Positions 1 to 10,699 of a DNA stretch of 64,000 nt are shown here, one piece after another. The stretch lies in contig NW_019217948.1 of assembly GCF_002571385.2 (NCBI RefSeq), positions 427,548-491,547 of the forward strand, read 5' to 3'. The notes beneath the pieces are model-generated. The model saw only the letters and a program-made list of their open reading frames with translations. It was not told the origin of the DNA and did not search any database. Position 1 is the first letter of the stretch; each line of letters begins with the position of its first letter. The DNA comes from Stylophora pistillata (lineage: Eukaryota). A program made the translations under genes and the position numbers.

Positions 1-985
1 GGGGGGAGCGAGGGGAGACATAAGAAGCAAAGAACTTTTCATGAAAAATTAGGTGGAACTTGGCGGATGAAATTGAGCCGATTAATTTTCCTTAGCTGCA
101 AATAGTTTATCGTTTTTGTCGAGCACTTAGTGAACAGAAAACTACAAAAGTGTTGTGCATGAAAGTAATAGTTGGAGAAGTTGGGCGATCATTGCCATTT
201 TCACCACGTGACTCAGTCGTTATGCTAGCAGTTAGCAAGACAACATTTCAAGTTTGATACAGTATTCCTTAACAAGCTTTCCAAGTTTTAATTCAGCTCA
301 CTGCATTCGTTTCAGTTGTATGTTCAATCACAGACAAGAATATCATGATGCAGAATGACAAGCATTACCGAGTTTTGCAACTTTCATTAGTATATCCTTC
401 CTTTAAGAGTGATCCCAAATGACAGGCCTTACGGTTTCAAGGTTAGATTTATAACTGATGTTATACCCGCAACTGACGAACTGGTTTATCTGTTTGATAT
501 GACTAAGGTAATCAGGCCATTTAATGTCAGAGCGTGTGTTAATATGAAGGGTCAGTTTTGCTTGGTGTGTGAACTCGTAATCGAAAACACCAGGATTGAC
601 GGTACACATTTGTCACAAGCAAACATTAAACCATTGAAATTCTGGTTTCCCCGGCTTGTGAGGGTTGTCACCACAGCCCAGGGGTGTTCACTCTGCTGGG
701 ATCAGTTATGTCTGGCGGGGAAGGCCTTTGATATTTACCGTGCTTAGACCACTAAACAATCGTAAGCATAGATCCCTTAACTTTGCGTCCCGAGAACTGG
801 GATAAACTGTTAAACTATATCTATCCGGAGCGGTCCGGGGGTTAGACAGTCATTAGTCTTTCAGAATTGAGAAACGAAAATCCCCGAACCCCTGATTCGT
901 GCACATATTCCCAGCACACTAATACAATACTCGTTAAAATATTCCTCCACAACGACGCTTTGTTTTCTCTGTTTTCAGTCACTAG

Positions 986-1085
986 CTATCATAAGATAGG
1001 AGTTAAAACACAGGGTCGTACTTTGTCAGTCCACGTGCGTGAGGTTCAGTCGTCAGTGACTTCTTTACGCCATCTTGTTCGTCTG
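986..1085 (-). pseudogene. Decayed partial duplicate of exon 2 of the 3312-5731 homeobox gene (end of helix 3 plus C-terminal tail)
   Basis: 1059-1085 matches 3424-3450 at 26/27 nt (RRTRWRKEV). It continues TDD*TSRTWT with W at the same offset as in the intact gene. 986-1006 (minus strand TTAACTCCTATCTTATGATAG) resembles TTAACTGCTAACTGTATGATAG in the intact gene. It has an in-frame stop and no upstream homeobox. Confidence 0.7.
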
Positions 1086-3135
1086 CGATAAAAGCGATTT
1101 AGGCTCGTTGGTTTTACTTATCTCCAGAATTCTTGGGAGAAACTTCAAATTGCTTGCGTTTCGTGCGATTGATAAGAATCAGTAACACTGCGAACGCACA
1201 GTAACATTAAAAAGATCTTGTTAAAGACGGGAAGTAAAACTATGTAGAATCGACATAAGGATTTTACTCCGGCGCGCGTAGAAATCTTTTTACCCCATCA
1301 AGGAACGATAATCTTACAGAAACTTGGCAGGTTACAATTCTGTTAATTTTGAAATAGAACTTCCAGTTTTCTATCTACAAGAAGAACTTGTAGGAGTGTT
1401 AAGTACAGATCTTTACAGAAATAATGAGAGTTAAGCCGATCAGGAACTCACCCGCGCGGCGGAAAGAAAGTGAATGAAAATATTATTAGTATTTTCCTAT
1501 CCATAGTATCCTCAATTAACACTTAAGACATATTTTGGACTTCTTATCTCGTAAATAAACCTCACAATAATCATAGGACATCCCAGAGTTGTTGAGTCAA
1601 CAATGAAAGTCGACATGCCGTATTTCCCGTGGTATTCTCTTTGTTAATTGAGGTTTCTGTAAACGTTTGTAGGTTAGCATATAGCAAAGGATCAGCACCT
1701 TCACTTAAACAATATTCTCCGGCCCATCAATACATCCGTCGAGAATATGGTGAACTAAATTTTCTTGTTGAAAGATATTCTTCCTTTCAAGGAACGATCT
1801 AAAGCAATTATTCCTAGAAAGCTAGTGCAGCTTGCAGAGGCTAACAAAGGATACCTACATATTTCACAATGCAGACAACGGTGACTTAGTGCATGACTAC
1901 TGTTCACCCGATTTAGGAAAAGTTTCATACTAAAACAAGGATGGCGAAAATGGCTAGTGAATTGCTTTCGCCCGCTCAACCGTAGCGGTACATCTGCTAA
2001 GTACCTTTTCTCGTCGGTAAGGCAACCAAAGGAAGGGGAACAGAGTACGGTCATGTCGATAATATTTGGAAACAAAGTATGCCACTGCAGGGCTAAGAAC
2101 TGAAGAAAAAAGTGTAAAACGTAATACTTTGCTTCTTTGAAATAGGAAAAGTTGATTTAATACTAATCACGTCTTTCTCTCTCTTCTTCTTTCTCATGGG
2201 ATCTGATTTTGAACTCCCGAATAAGAAGAATAAAAGCTCACGGTAACAATCTCCCGAAATACCCTTTGGCCCTGGTAAATTATGCGGGTTATCAGCATAT
2301 CGAGTCCAAGTGGTCTTAGAGGGAATGAATGAAACCTCGATTCAGTAAGTTCAACGACTGGATTTTATTAATCTGCTTGACGCATAATATTTCTATGAAC
2401 TAAGAAATAAATAATAGGTCTAGTAGGAACGCAAAAAATTTCGAACGTTCATATATAGCTAATCAACACAGGCGAGGAGGACGTGGTTGATAACATATAT
2501 ACACTTGCACATTAACATGCTTTTCAAAAAATGTATTTTCAAATTTTCAAAGAAAATTTGTTGCTTAAAATTAAATTTTAGAGAAACAACAGTAGGTTAA
2601 GCAAGATTTCTGAGTTGGTGTAGTCGCACATGAGCCTACTTAAGATCGCAAAGCTGCCTTCTTGAGAGAGTGGGTTTACAACAAAGCTGTGGGTATTTAA
2701 ATGTGCAAAGTTCGCCGAAATGGCATCTACGAAGCTAAGTGGTGCAAAGTGTAGAAATAATTCATCAAATCTTATATTTTGTCTTGCTTTCGATTAGATG
2801 CAACACCCGGGACGCGATGGAAAAACTAACTCTGGTGAAACTTAAAATTATCGATGCTGCGAACTCCCTAAGATTGTGCTTTCATGCGCATCAGCTCTAC
2901 CACCCCTACCTATATTGAGTTCTCTGACAAAAAGTATAACTTTCAGTATCAAAACGGCCACAGGGAATGTACATGCCTCCATAAAACACGTCTACAAGAC
3001 TTTGTGTTTCTAAACAGCACTGAGCACTGGTTGATCGGCTTTCCATTTTCAGTGATCACGGCAGCCAATCCAAATTCCAATAGTGGAAGTTTCGTTATCG
3101 CTCGAATAAATATGTCAGTTGATTTATATGCTGAT

Positions 3136-3225
3136 TGACGAAGGGCTAACGTTCGGAAACGTCAGCTTCTTAACTCTTTACGGTAGCCAATTTACAATTT
3201 CAACTTATTTCATATTATCAAATTA
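3136..3225 (+). mobile_element. Degenerate Penelope-like pLTR tail fragment with decayed hammerhead core
   Basis: TGACGAAGGGCTAACGTTCGGAAACGTCAGC...CCAATTTAC matches the tails at 9942, 22921 and 42952. Confidence 0.75.
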
Positions 3226-3311
3226 CTGTATAAGTGTTATTGCTGGAGAAAAGTAGCTAACAGGACTTTGAAATCATGAGGGTGAATGTATCTATGTGGA
3301 CGTCACAGTTT

Positions 3312-5731
3312 TCAAGATGAGCAATATCCTCGAACTATCATACAGTTAGCAGTTAAGATACTAGCGTCAAACTTTGCCATTCCAGTGTGCGTGGTCCAGC
3401 TGGGGTCGTCGTCCTCTTCGTGTACTTCTTTGCGCCATCTTGTTCGTCTGTTTTGAAACCATGTTCTAACTTGGGCTTCAGTAAGGCTTATTTCCGTGGC
3501 TAGTTTACACCGTCGAGACTTGGAGATGTATTTCTCGTTGATAAACTCTTCTTCAAGTTTCTGGAGCTGTTCTGGCGAGAAAAGAGGCCGTTGTTTCTGT
3601 CTCTTGATATGTTTACGAGGTCTTCGTGGGTTTGCATAGTTTGCTGTAAGTAATTCAGTGAATAACATTATAAGCATTGAACTGCAACAGTAAATATTTG
3701 GTCTCCAAAAGAAAAGAATAAATTGATTTGGCACCTTATTCAAAAAGTAACAAGGAACTAAGACCAGAAGACCACAGTATGTGCCAGTTACTACAAATAA
3801 ACATAGGATTTTTCATACTCAAATTTCTGCATTTCTCCAGTTCGTAGAAACGATGCATTCGGAGCTATAAAGTGCCTATTGGACTGAGAAGTCAGAGTTC
3901 AGATGTGAGGAGTTGTCTACTTAACGTTTCCTTGCATTTTCTTTGCTCCTCATGACCTTCATGTCTGTTGTGATTTTTTTTTTTTACCAAAAGCCTGACT
4001 AGGAACATGAGATGCCATGTAAATGAGATGCCATGGAACATCAGTGCCTGTGTGATAATGAGTGCTTCTCACCCGCTACTAACGTAAATTTCCACACTCT
4101 CTTGGTGATGAGATTGAGCGATGTCAATTTCCACCTGTATCACAGGTTACGGTAAAAATTAATATGTTCTTTAATCTAAAAATGTCGATCGATATCACAA
4201 TAGTTTCAGTGAATCAGTGGAATTGACTGCATCTAGGGAGGATCCCGTTCAATCAGGCAAACCAGTGATTAGCAAGTCAATGTGTGCCAACTCAGCTTCT
4301 GAGGTTTCATTGTATTTTAATTAAACTAAGTGGAGATGTTTTCCATTTGTACGTATTATCACTAGTGTGCATGTGAGTGGCGAACACACGAACCCGGCGG
4401 AAAAGCTTATAGCTTACTCTTGGACAATAAAAACGGAACATCCGCTAGCGTCCTCCCATCTTCCGTCCACTTGAGCTTAAATTTTACGCTTCTGGAAATC
4501 AGTTCGAACTTTCCAAAATATTTCCGAAAGTGATTGATAATTTTAGCCATCGCTAATCATGTTTAGGTAATTCAGTTAGTACCTTTGCGGTCGTTTTCGC
4601 AACTGCTTTGTTACATTTAAACAATACTGTTGTGATTACCGATGCAGTCTCTGAGATACAAGTGTCGGTTTTTTTCCTCTTTCAAAAGCTTGCAAACAGT
4701 GTCTACAGAAACAATGCCAAAGGGTCAGATCATGGGAAACCGGCTTCTGTAAAATAAGATGAAACTTCTGTTTATGTCTTTTCCTGTTCTGAATCGGAGC
4801 AATTAAAAGGTCGGTAAACACCCCTTTTAATTACCCACTGAAAATGTAATGTTTCACGGAGTTCCTCTTCGAGTAAATAAATGTGACACTTCGCCTTTTT
4901 TCGAAAAATTATACGGTAGGGGCCTTTTGTCAGCCTTATATTCAAAGACACATTTCTGATTGTTCGCCTCCTTTTGTGTGTATTTTGGGATTCTGACGAA
5001 AACACTCTAAAATGTCACGGCCTAGGCTAAAGGTTTGCAAGCTATAGAAATATATATTTCATTGCGAGTATGATGCACTAAGTGGGCAAGCTTTTTTCAG
5101 CATCTTTTATAAAGAGAGCATTACCCTAAGAAGTAACCTTTGCTAAATAGAACGTGATCGACAAGAGAGAATACGATTTATAGATGCGTTTGTTTAAACT
5201 TAATTCAAGTTCAGAAATTGCATTCTGTGGAGCTGTTTATGAAGTGAAAGTAATGCTCTCCAAGAAGGTGCTATTTATTGTATCACGTTGAGACGGGTCA
5301 GTCATACATGATTTATTAGAGTTCCGATGGGAGTCTGCTAAGAAAGAAATGTTGCACCGCTATACTTACGTATTAATTACGGAGTTTGGAGGCTTCGTCA
5401 TATCTTTAAATTCTTATTTAAATTATAACTAACCTGGAGGGATGCCATGCCTCGAATATCTCGTAGCATAAACCCATGCCGGCCAGACACTGTTTAGGTC
5501 GAAGTTACCTTGTGCTACACTCAAACCTGTGCCCTCTTTCACGGGGCGTGTTTTCTTCGCCGAGTTTTCGCTGGCAATAGAAAGGTTAGCGACTCTTTTA
5601 TGTTCCTTGTCTTCACCTCGTTGGTCGTCGCAGAGACTTAGCAGGTTTTTAATGGAGAAAGGATGATTTAAGACGGATTTGGAAGGGATGACAGGGGAAA
5701 AAGCCGAGCCATATTTCACTCTGGAAGACAT
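3312..5731 (-). CDS. ANTP-class homeobox transcription factor, engrailed-like/NK-like; 2 exons (5731-5434, 3643-3312), about 209 aa
   Basis: ATG at 5731. eh1 motif HPFSIKNLL; EH2-like WPAWVYATRYS at 5485-5453. A phase-1 intron (G|GTTAGT...TTACAG|CA) joins in frame to the homeodomain at 3602-3423 (RQKQRPLFSPEQLQKLEEEF...QVRTWFQNRRTRWRKE). TGA at 3314-3312. Confidence 0.9.
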
Positions 5732-7821
5732 TGCCTCAACCGATTATGTTCGTAGCCAGCTAACCTTCTTACAAGCAGTCAACTTCTCGGCTGCTTGGCA
5801 CCAACATAAGTTAGTTTGGAGACTCTAGTCTCGCGCCTTGATAACCGGCTAATTATGACTCCGGAATACTGTAACTTAATTGGCTCGTTGAGACACTGTA
5901 AATAGGTTGCGGTCAGGAAGCAGACATCTACACTCCCTTTGAACTCCCGTGCTTTCGTCGGAGAACGCTTTCATCGCTTGTTGGAACAAACTTAAGAGTC
6001 ATACGGCGCAGTGAAATATAGACTAGATTTGGTGGGAGGGAGCAAAGTGGTATAAGTTATAAGTAGTGGGATTAGCCACAAGTAAATAAAAACAAACATC
6101 GCCACGCTAGCTTTCGTACTGAGGAGCACATTAAAAATATTCCGGTTCTCTTTGCAAGCAAACAGTTGCACAGTTAAACTTTATTTTTGGCCACTTTCCG
6201 GACGGGAAATCATAATTTGCAAAGCATTTGAATAGGTATTCAATGTAGAGACAAATTAATCTGGATTCGTAGATTGCGCACATAACATCGTGTGATCCAA
6301 TTCGGAAACGAATAGAAAGTTATTTGAGTCTACAATTGTAGGTCAACCTTATTCTGGCTAAGATCGTTTTTCAAAGAAAACAAAGTGCTAAAAGCAGGAA
6401 GGGTTAGGCTGGATAACTGCACAATGAAATTTCTAACAATACATTAGACCATGTAATGCCCATACGGCTCACGACATCCCTGCTGTTTAGGAGTAGTGGC
6501 ATCTTGTTTCTCAGCATGAACTCTGAGTGTCTCGACCACCCTTTCATCGCAGTACTTGTATAATGTTCTCCAGAAAATCTTACGAAGAGCCCGGGAAAGG
6601 GTTATGTCGGTTATGAATGACTTAGAAAATCAGAGTGGAGTAATTTTTTGTTTCAATGTTCCAATTTTTTCTCACAAAATTTGAAAACACAGAAAGAGGA
6701 TATACTTTCCCTTCCGGTTCACGTTAATGAAGTCTCTTGTCGTAGAAGAAGCACTGGATCCCAATGATCTCTTGATCAAACTGTAAAGAATAGGCCGGTT
6801 GAACTCAAAAATGATGATGCTCACTCATTACCAAACCTCGCTTAAAAAGAAAAAGAAAAGAACGCTTTATTCTTACTATACGGGCGCCTCAGACGTGCAG
6901 AAAAATCAAGACCTGGTAGATGCCATACCCCCGGAGGCTTACGATTGAGTGTTAAGGTGACACCGCGCCACCATTTGATAAATTTGTCTCAACCGACAGC
7001 ACTGGGAACAGTTTCTCACGAAAGATCAAAATAATAGAAAATCGCCAATGTCGGATGCATAGTATTTTAACTTTTAGAAATATTAAACTGGTTATAAATA
7101 TTAAAGATCAAAACTCAAGAATAAAGCTATTGATCCAATGTTATTCTCATGTTTGAGAAAAGCCAACTTAATTTGAAGTTATCTTCAGGCACGACTTCCC
7201 TCAAGACCACAGGATATGAGAAAAGCGATATATGATATTAAGGTATAAATTGAAGACTTTACATTGACTAGCGGTGTGTGCCGTACTGATGACGGGAACA
7301 TGTGGGTGTGTCATTCTTAATGAAAATCAACACGAACGTTTTTCAATCCTTGTCAAGGCAAGAACGAAACAGTTACCTTACGTCTGGTGCGTCGTTCATT
7401 TGTAATTATTCACGAACCAGTACTGCGTACATTTCCCCATGTTAACGCACCTCATTTTGTTTGGTAATTGTTTGCAATTGATGGATTGGAATTTAAAATC
7501 TCTTTACTGCCGAGTAAAAGCATTCCATCACGAACGATCGACTGTTTTCATTGAAAATAAAGCCGGAAGGAAGAACCTATGTTCTATGATACTTTCCATC
7601 CTTTTCCAGTTCTTAAACTGAAATGGCCCAGAGGTAAATGTTGTCAGAGTTTGATTTGCGCCACAGGTGGCAAGTAGCTCTACAGCTCTTGAACATTGAT
7701 TGCTCCACGGGGACTGTACCTTTTACCACTCTCTTTGATTGTGAAATCACAATCTAACTTTGGGATATTCTTCGCATCAACATATTTTCACTGAATTTTT
7801 CCTCCCAAGTCATCCTATTGT

Positions 7822-8133
7822 GTGGAGGCGCGGTGGCCTCATGGTTAGTGCGCTCGACTCGGGATCGAGTGGTCCGGGTTCGAGCCCCGGCCGGGACATT
7901 GTGTTGTGTTCTTAGGCAAGACACTTTACTCTCACAGTGCCTCTCTTCACCCAGGCATATAAATGGGTACCGGAAAATTTAATGCTGGGGGGTAGGTAAC
8001 CCTGCGATGGACTGGCATCCCATCCAGGGGGGAGTAGAAATACTCCTAGTCGCTTCATGCTACAGAAACCGGAGTTAAGCACCTGCCTAATGGGCCACTA
8101 GGCTCGTAAACAGACTTTACTTACTTTACTTAC
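7822..8133 (+). mobile_element. tRNA-derived SINE (SINE2) with CORE-like central domain
   Basis: Pol III A box (TGGCCTCATGG) and B box (GGTTCGAGCCC). The central TGTGTTCTTAGGCAAGACACTTTACTCTCACAGTGCCTC...AAATGGG resembles the CORE domain. It ends in a short TTAC/ACTTT repeat tail. Confidence 0.8.
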
Positions 8134-9344
8134 ATCCAATTACTCTATTCAAGACTGAATTCTGTCTTTCATTTCAGGAATAATAAAATGTACAGTTACA
8201 AATCAAACTAACTTGGGGCCGGCAAAAACGGTATCCATCTTTCCATTATTTTACCTTTGTGGCGAAGTGTATAACTGTGCTTGCTTTGTAAGATCGCTTC
8301 CATTTGTTCTTCTAACCTAACAATTTGTGCTTTGCTCTTTGCAATTTGCAACATTGCTCTTAGAATAAATAAGTAAATAAAAAATGAATGATTGAAAAGT
8401 GAATAAAGCTGTGAATAATTGTCTTGTCAATCAAAATAAATCACTTCTTGAAGCTCGAAACTCGCAGTACAATTTGAATATGAAAGTAGATTCGTTTGAT
8501 AATTATATTGAGCTACATAAATTCTTTATTCTTGGTTTTCAACTTGAATTAACACCGCAATTGCGGTCAATCCCACAAATTGATGAAAAACTTGTGATTT
8601 CTAATATAAACCTGTCAGGAAATTTAACATCTTTATTTACAACTGAAATCCTTGAAAAGTCCATGGGTCAACGTTGTACAACTTATCATAGACAGCTCTT
8701 CAAGTGTTACTGTTCTTTTTTTGTCATTTTACCTATGAAAGTATGAAAACAACTGTTTGAAAGAACAATGAAACATTCCATCACGAACTTGTGTTTTCTG
8801 TAATAATCCGGAAGGAAGACCAAGCATGTACGTTCAAGTTTACACTCAATCAAAATCCATGCCTGAAAACGAAGAATCAGCTTTCAGTCAGTTCGAGACG
8901 ATTAAAGAAGAATTTGAAAGTGTACAACAAACGATCGGGCTCTACCCCAAACTGCATCCGATGCATCACAGGAAAATCTCCCATATTTGTCACGCTTCTT
9001 CGAGAAATCAGTATCCTCGTAATGAGGATTTCCTTTGTTGATTTACACCCTTAACTCGAGCAGCTGTTATTTTCCCTTAAAAGGTAGGATAACTTTCGTT
9101 GTGCTCACAAAGTCGTCAAAACAAAAGTACTTTACCCTCTTTCTATCGTACTTCAACTTTTTTTTAGCCGAATGAAATGATACCTGAGCGAATGAAAAGA
9201 GAAACTAAAACTTCGCATTCAATAAAGGAGTATAATTGAAAATATAATAGTCGTATAGCAACAAAAGTTGACAATCAACGAAACAATCGGTTTAGGAATC
9301 ATTATAAGATTAAATCAAGAGTTAGGATCTAGTTAGACCAACTG

Positions 9345-10030
9345 CAGAATGCCCCTCCTCTTGGTCAGAATGCCCCTCCTCTTGGTCAGAATGCCCCTCC
9401 TTTTGGTCAGAAGTTCTTTTGAGACTAATGACCAACCAGGCACTTTTAAATGCGCTCGTGCACGATACAAAACATGTCCTTTCATTCACAACGTTGATAA
9501 AATATCGGGACCTAAACGATCCATTAAGATCACCGATCACTTCACGTGCACCTCCGCTAACTTGCACTTATTGCAAAAAGATATACATCGGCGAAACAGG
9601 CAGAAGACTAGGTGACCGATTCCGAGAACACCTTCGAGACGTGGAAAGGAATGACAAGGACACATCGAAACCAGTCGCTAGACATTTTAATTTACCTAAT
9701 CATTCTAAGCAACATATGGCAATCTGCGGTCTTTCCTTACACTTAGGTAGCACGGAAAGCCGTAAAAATCTTGAACAAAAGCTCATCTTTCAAACCGGCA
9801 GTCTAAATCCCACAGGGATCAACGAACGCTTTTCATTCCACTAATTTATTCTTGTTTTTCTCGTTGCCATGTTCCCACCAATAACGTAGCTCCATTTTCT
9901 GCCTTTAAAAGCACACACAACCCACAATTCCTCTATTCGCTCCGACGAAGGGCTAACGCTCGAAACGTCAGCTTTTGTAATCGTTACGGTGGCCAATTTA
10001 CCATTTCAACTTTGTTGATATATCCAAATT
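9345..10030 (+). mobile_element. 5'-truncated Penelope-like retroelement: GIY-YIG endonuclease C-terminus plus pLTR with hammerhead motif
   Basis: Frameshifted ORFs encode KCARARYKTCPFI and CTYCKKIYIGETGRRLGDRFREH...PVARHFN...GINERFSF. The tail carries CCGACGAAGGGCTAACGCTCGAAACGTCAGC (9942-9972). A 21-bp triplication marks the 5' junction. Confidence 0.9.
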
Positions 10031-10045
10031 AAGAGNNNNNNNNNN

Positions 10046-10571
10046 AGATACAATGAAATATATGAAGTTCATATATTTTGAACTGCGGTATTAGATACGT
10101 ATGATGCACGATCCTCGCAGTAGATAGCGCTATTTAAGCAATAGCGAAAATCAGACCTGAAAAAATTCAGGCCTGTACGGGATTCGAACCACTGACCTCT
10201 GCGATACTAGTGCAGCGCTCTACCAATTGAGCTAACAAGCCAACTGGGAGCAGGCCGTTAAGTTGACTCGTAATAAACCCGTGAAAGTGATAAATCAGAT
10301 ACAATAAAATATATGAAGTTCATAGATTTTGAACTGCGGTATTAGATACGTATGATGCACGATCCTCGCACTGGATAGCGCTCTTTAAGCAATAGCGACC
10401 TCTGCACTAGTATCGCAGAGGTCAGTGGTTCGAATCCCGTACAGGCCTGAATTTTTTCAGGTCTGATTTTCGCTATTGCTTAAATAGCGCTATCTACTGC
10501 GAGGATCGTGCATCATACGTATCTAATACCGCAGTTCAAAATATATGAAGTTCATATATTTCATTGTATCT
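10046..10571. repeat. tRNA-derived element: 251-bp tandem unit plus inverted copy forming 170-bp palindrome arms
   Basis: The unit starts at 10046 and again at 10297. 10046-10215 is the reverse complement of 10402-10571. It contains a tRNA-like cloverleaf. Confidence 0.85.
10169..10241 (-). pseudogene. tRNA-Thr(AGT)-like pseudo-tRNA head of a repeat
   Basis: GGCTTGT/ACAGGCC acceptor stem, A box TAGCTCAATTGG, anticodon loop CTAGTAT, B box GGTTCGAATCC, followed by a T6 run. The T-stem and anticodon stem have mismatches. Confidence 0.65.
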
Positions 10572-10699
10572 GAATTATATTCTGATTCATAAAAAGGGAG
10601 AACTGACTTTGATGAAATACCAAGAGACACCTTACCTACTTTCTCAAGTATGACGAGTGATTTTAACCTCGGAAACTCAATGAAGAACATTCTACTTTA

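Noticed and set aside
1755-2075. ORF containing HPCFSMKLFL, faintly like the eh1 of gene A and so a possible exon-1 remnant of the pseudogene
   Set aside because: The similarity is limited to a few residues and no EH2 remnant is visible; it could be chance.
3423-3602. Naming gene A (or B) Tlx, Hex, NK6/7 or En outright
   Set aside because: Helix 3 is Tlx-like, but helices 1-2 and the N-terminal arm are not. The En-diagnostic K52, I56 and EH5 are absent. No symbol is justified without a phylogeny.
8826-9041. 71-aa ATG-initiated ORF
   Set aside because: No recognisable domain, splice context or homology.
10169-10241. Functional tRNA-Thr gene (also 62346-62418)
   Set aside because: Mismatched T-stem, and it is embedded in a multi-copy repeat; treated as a pseudo-tRNA.
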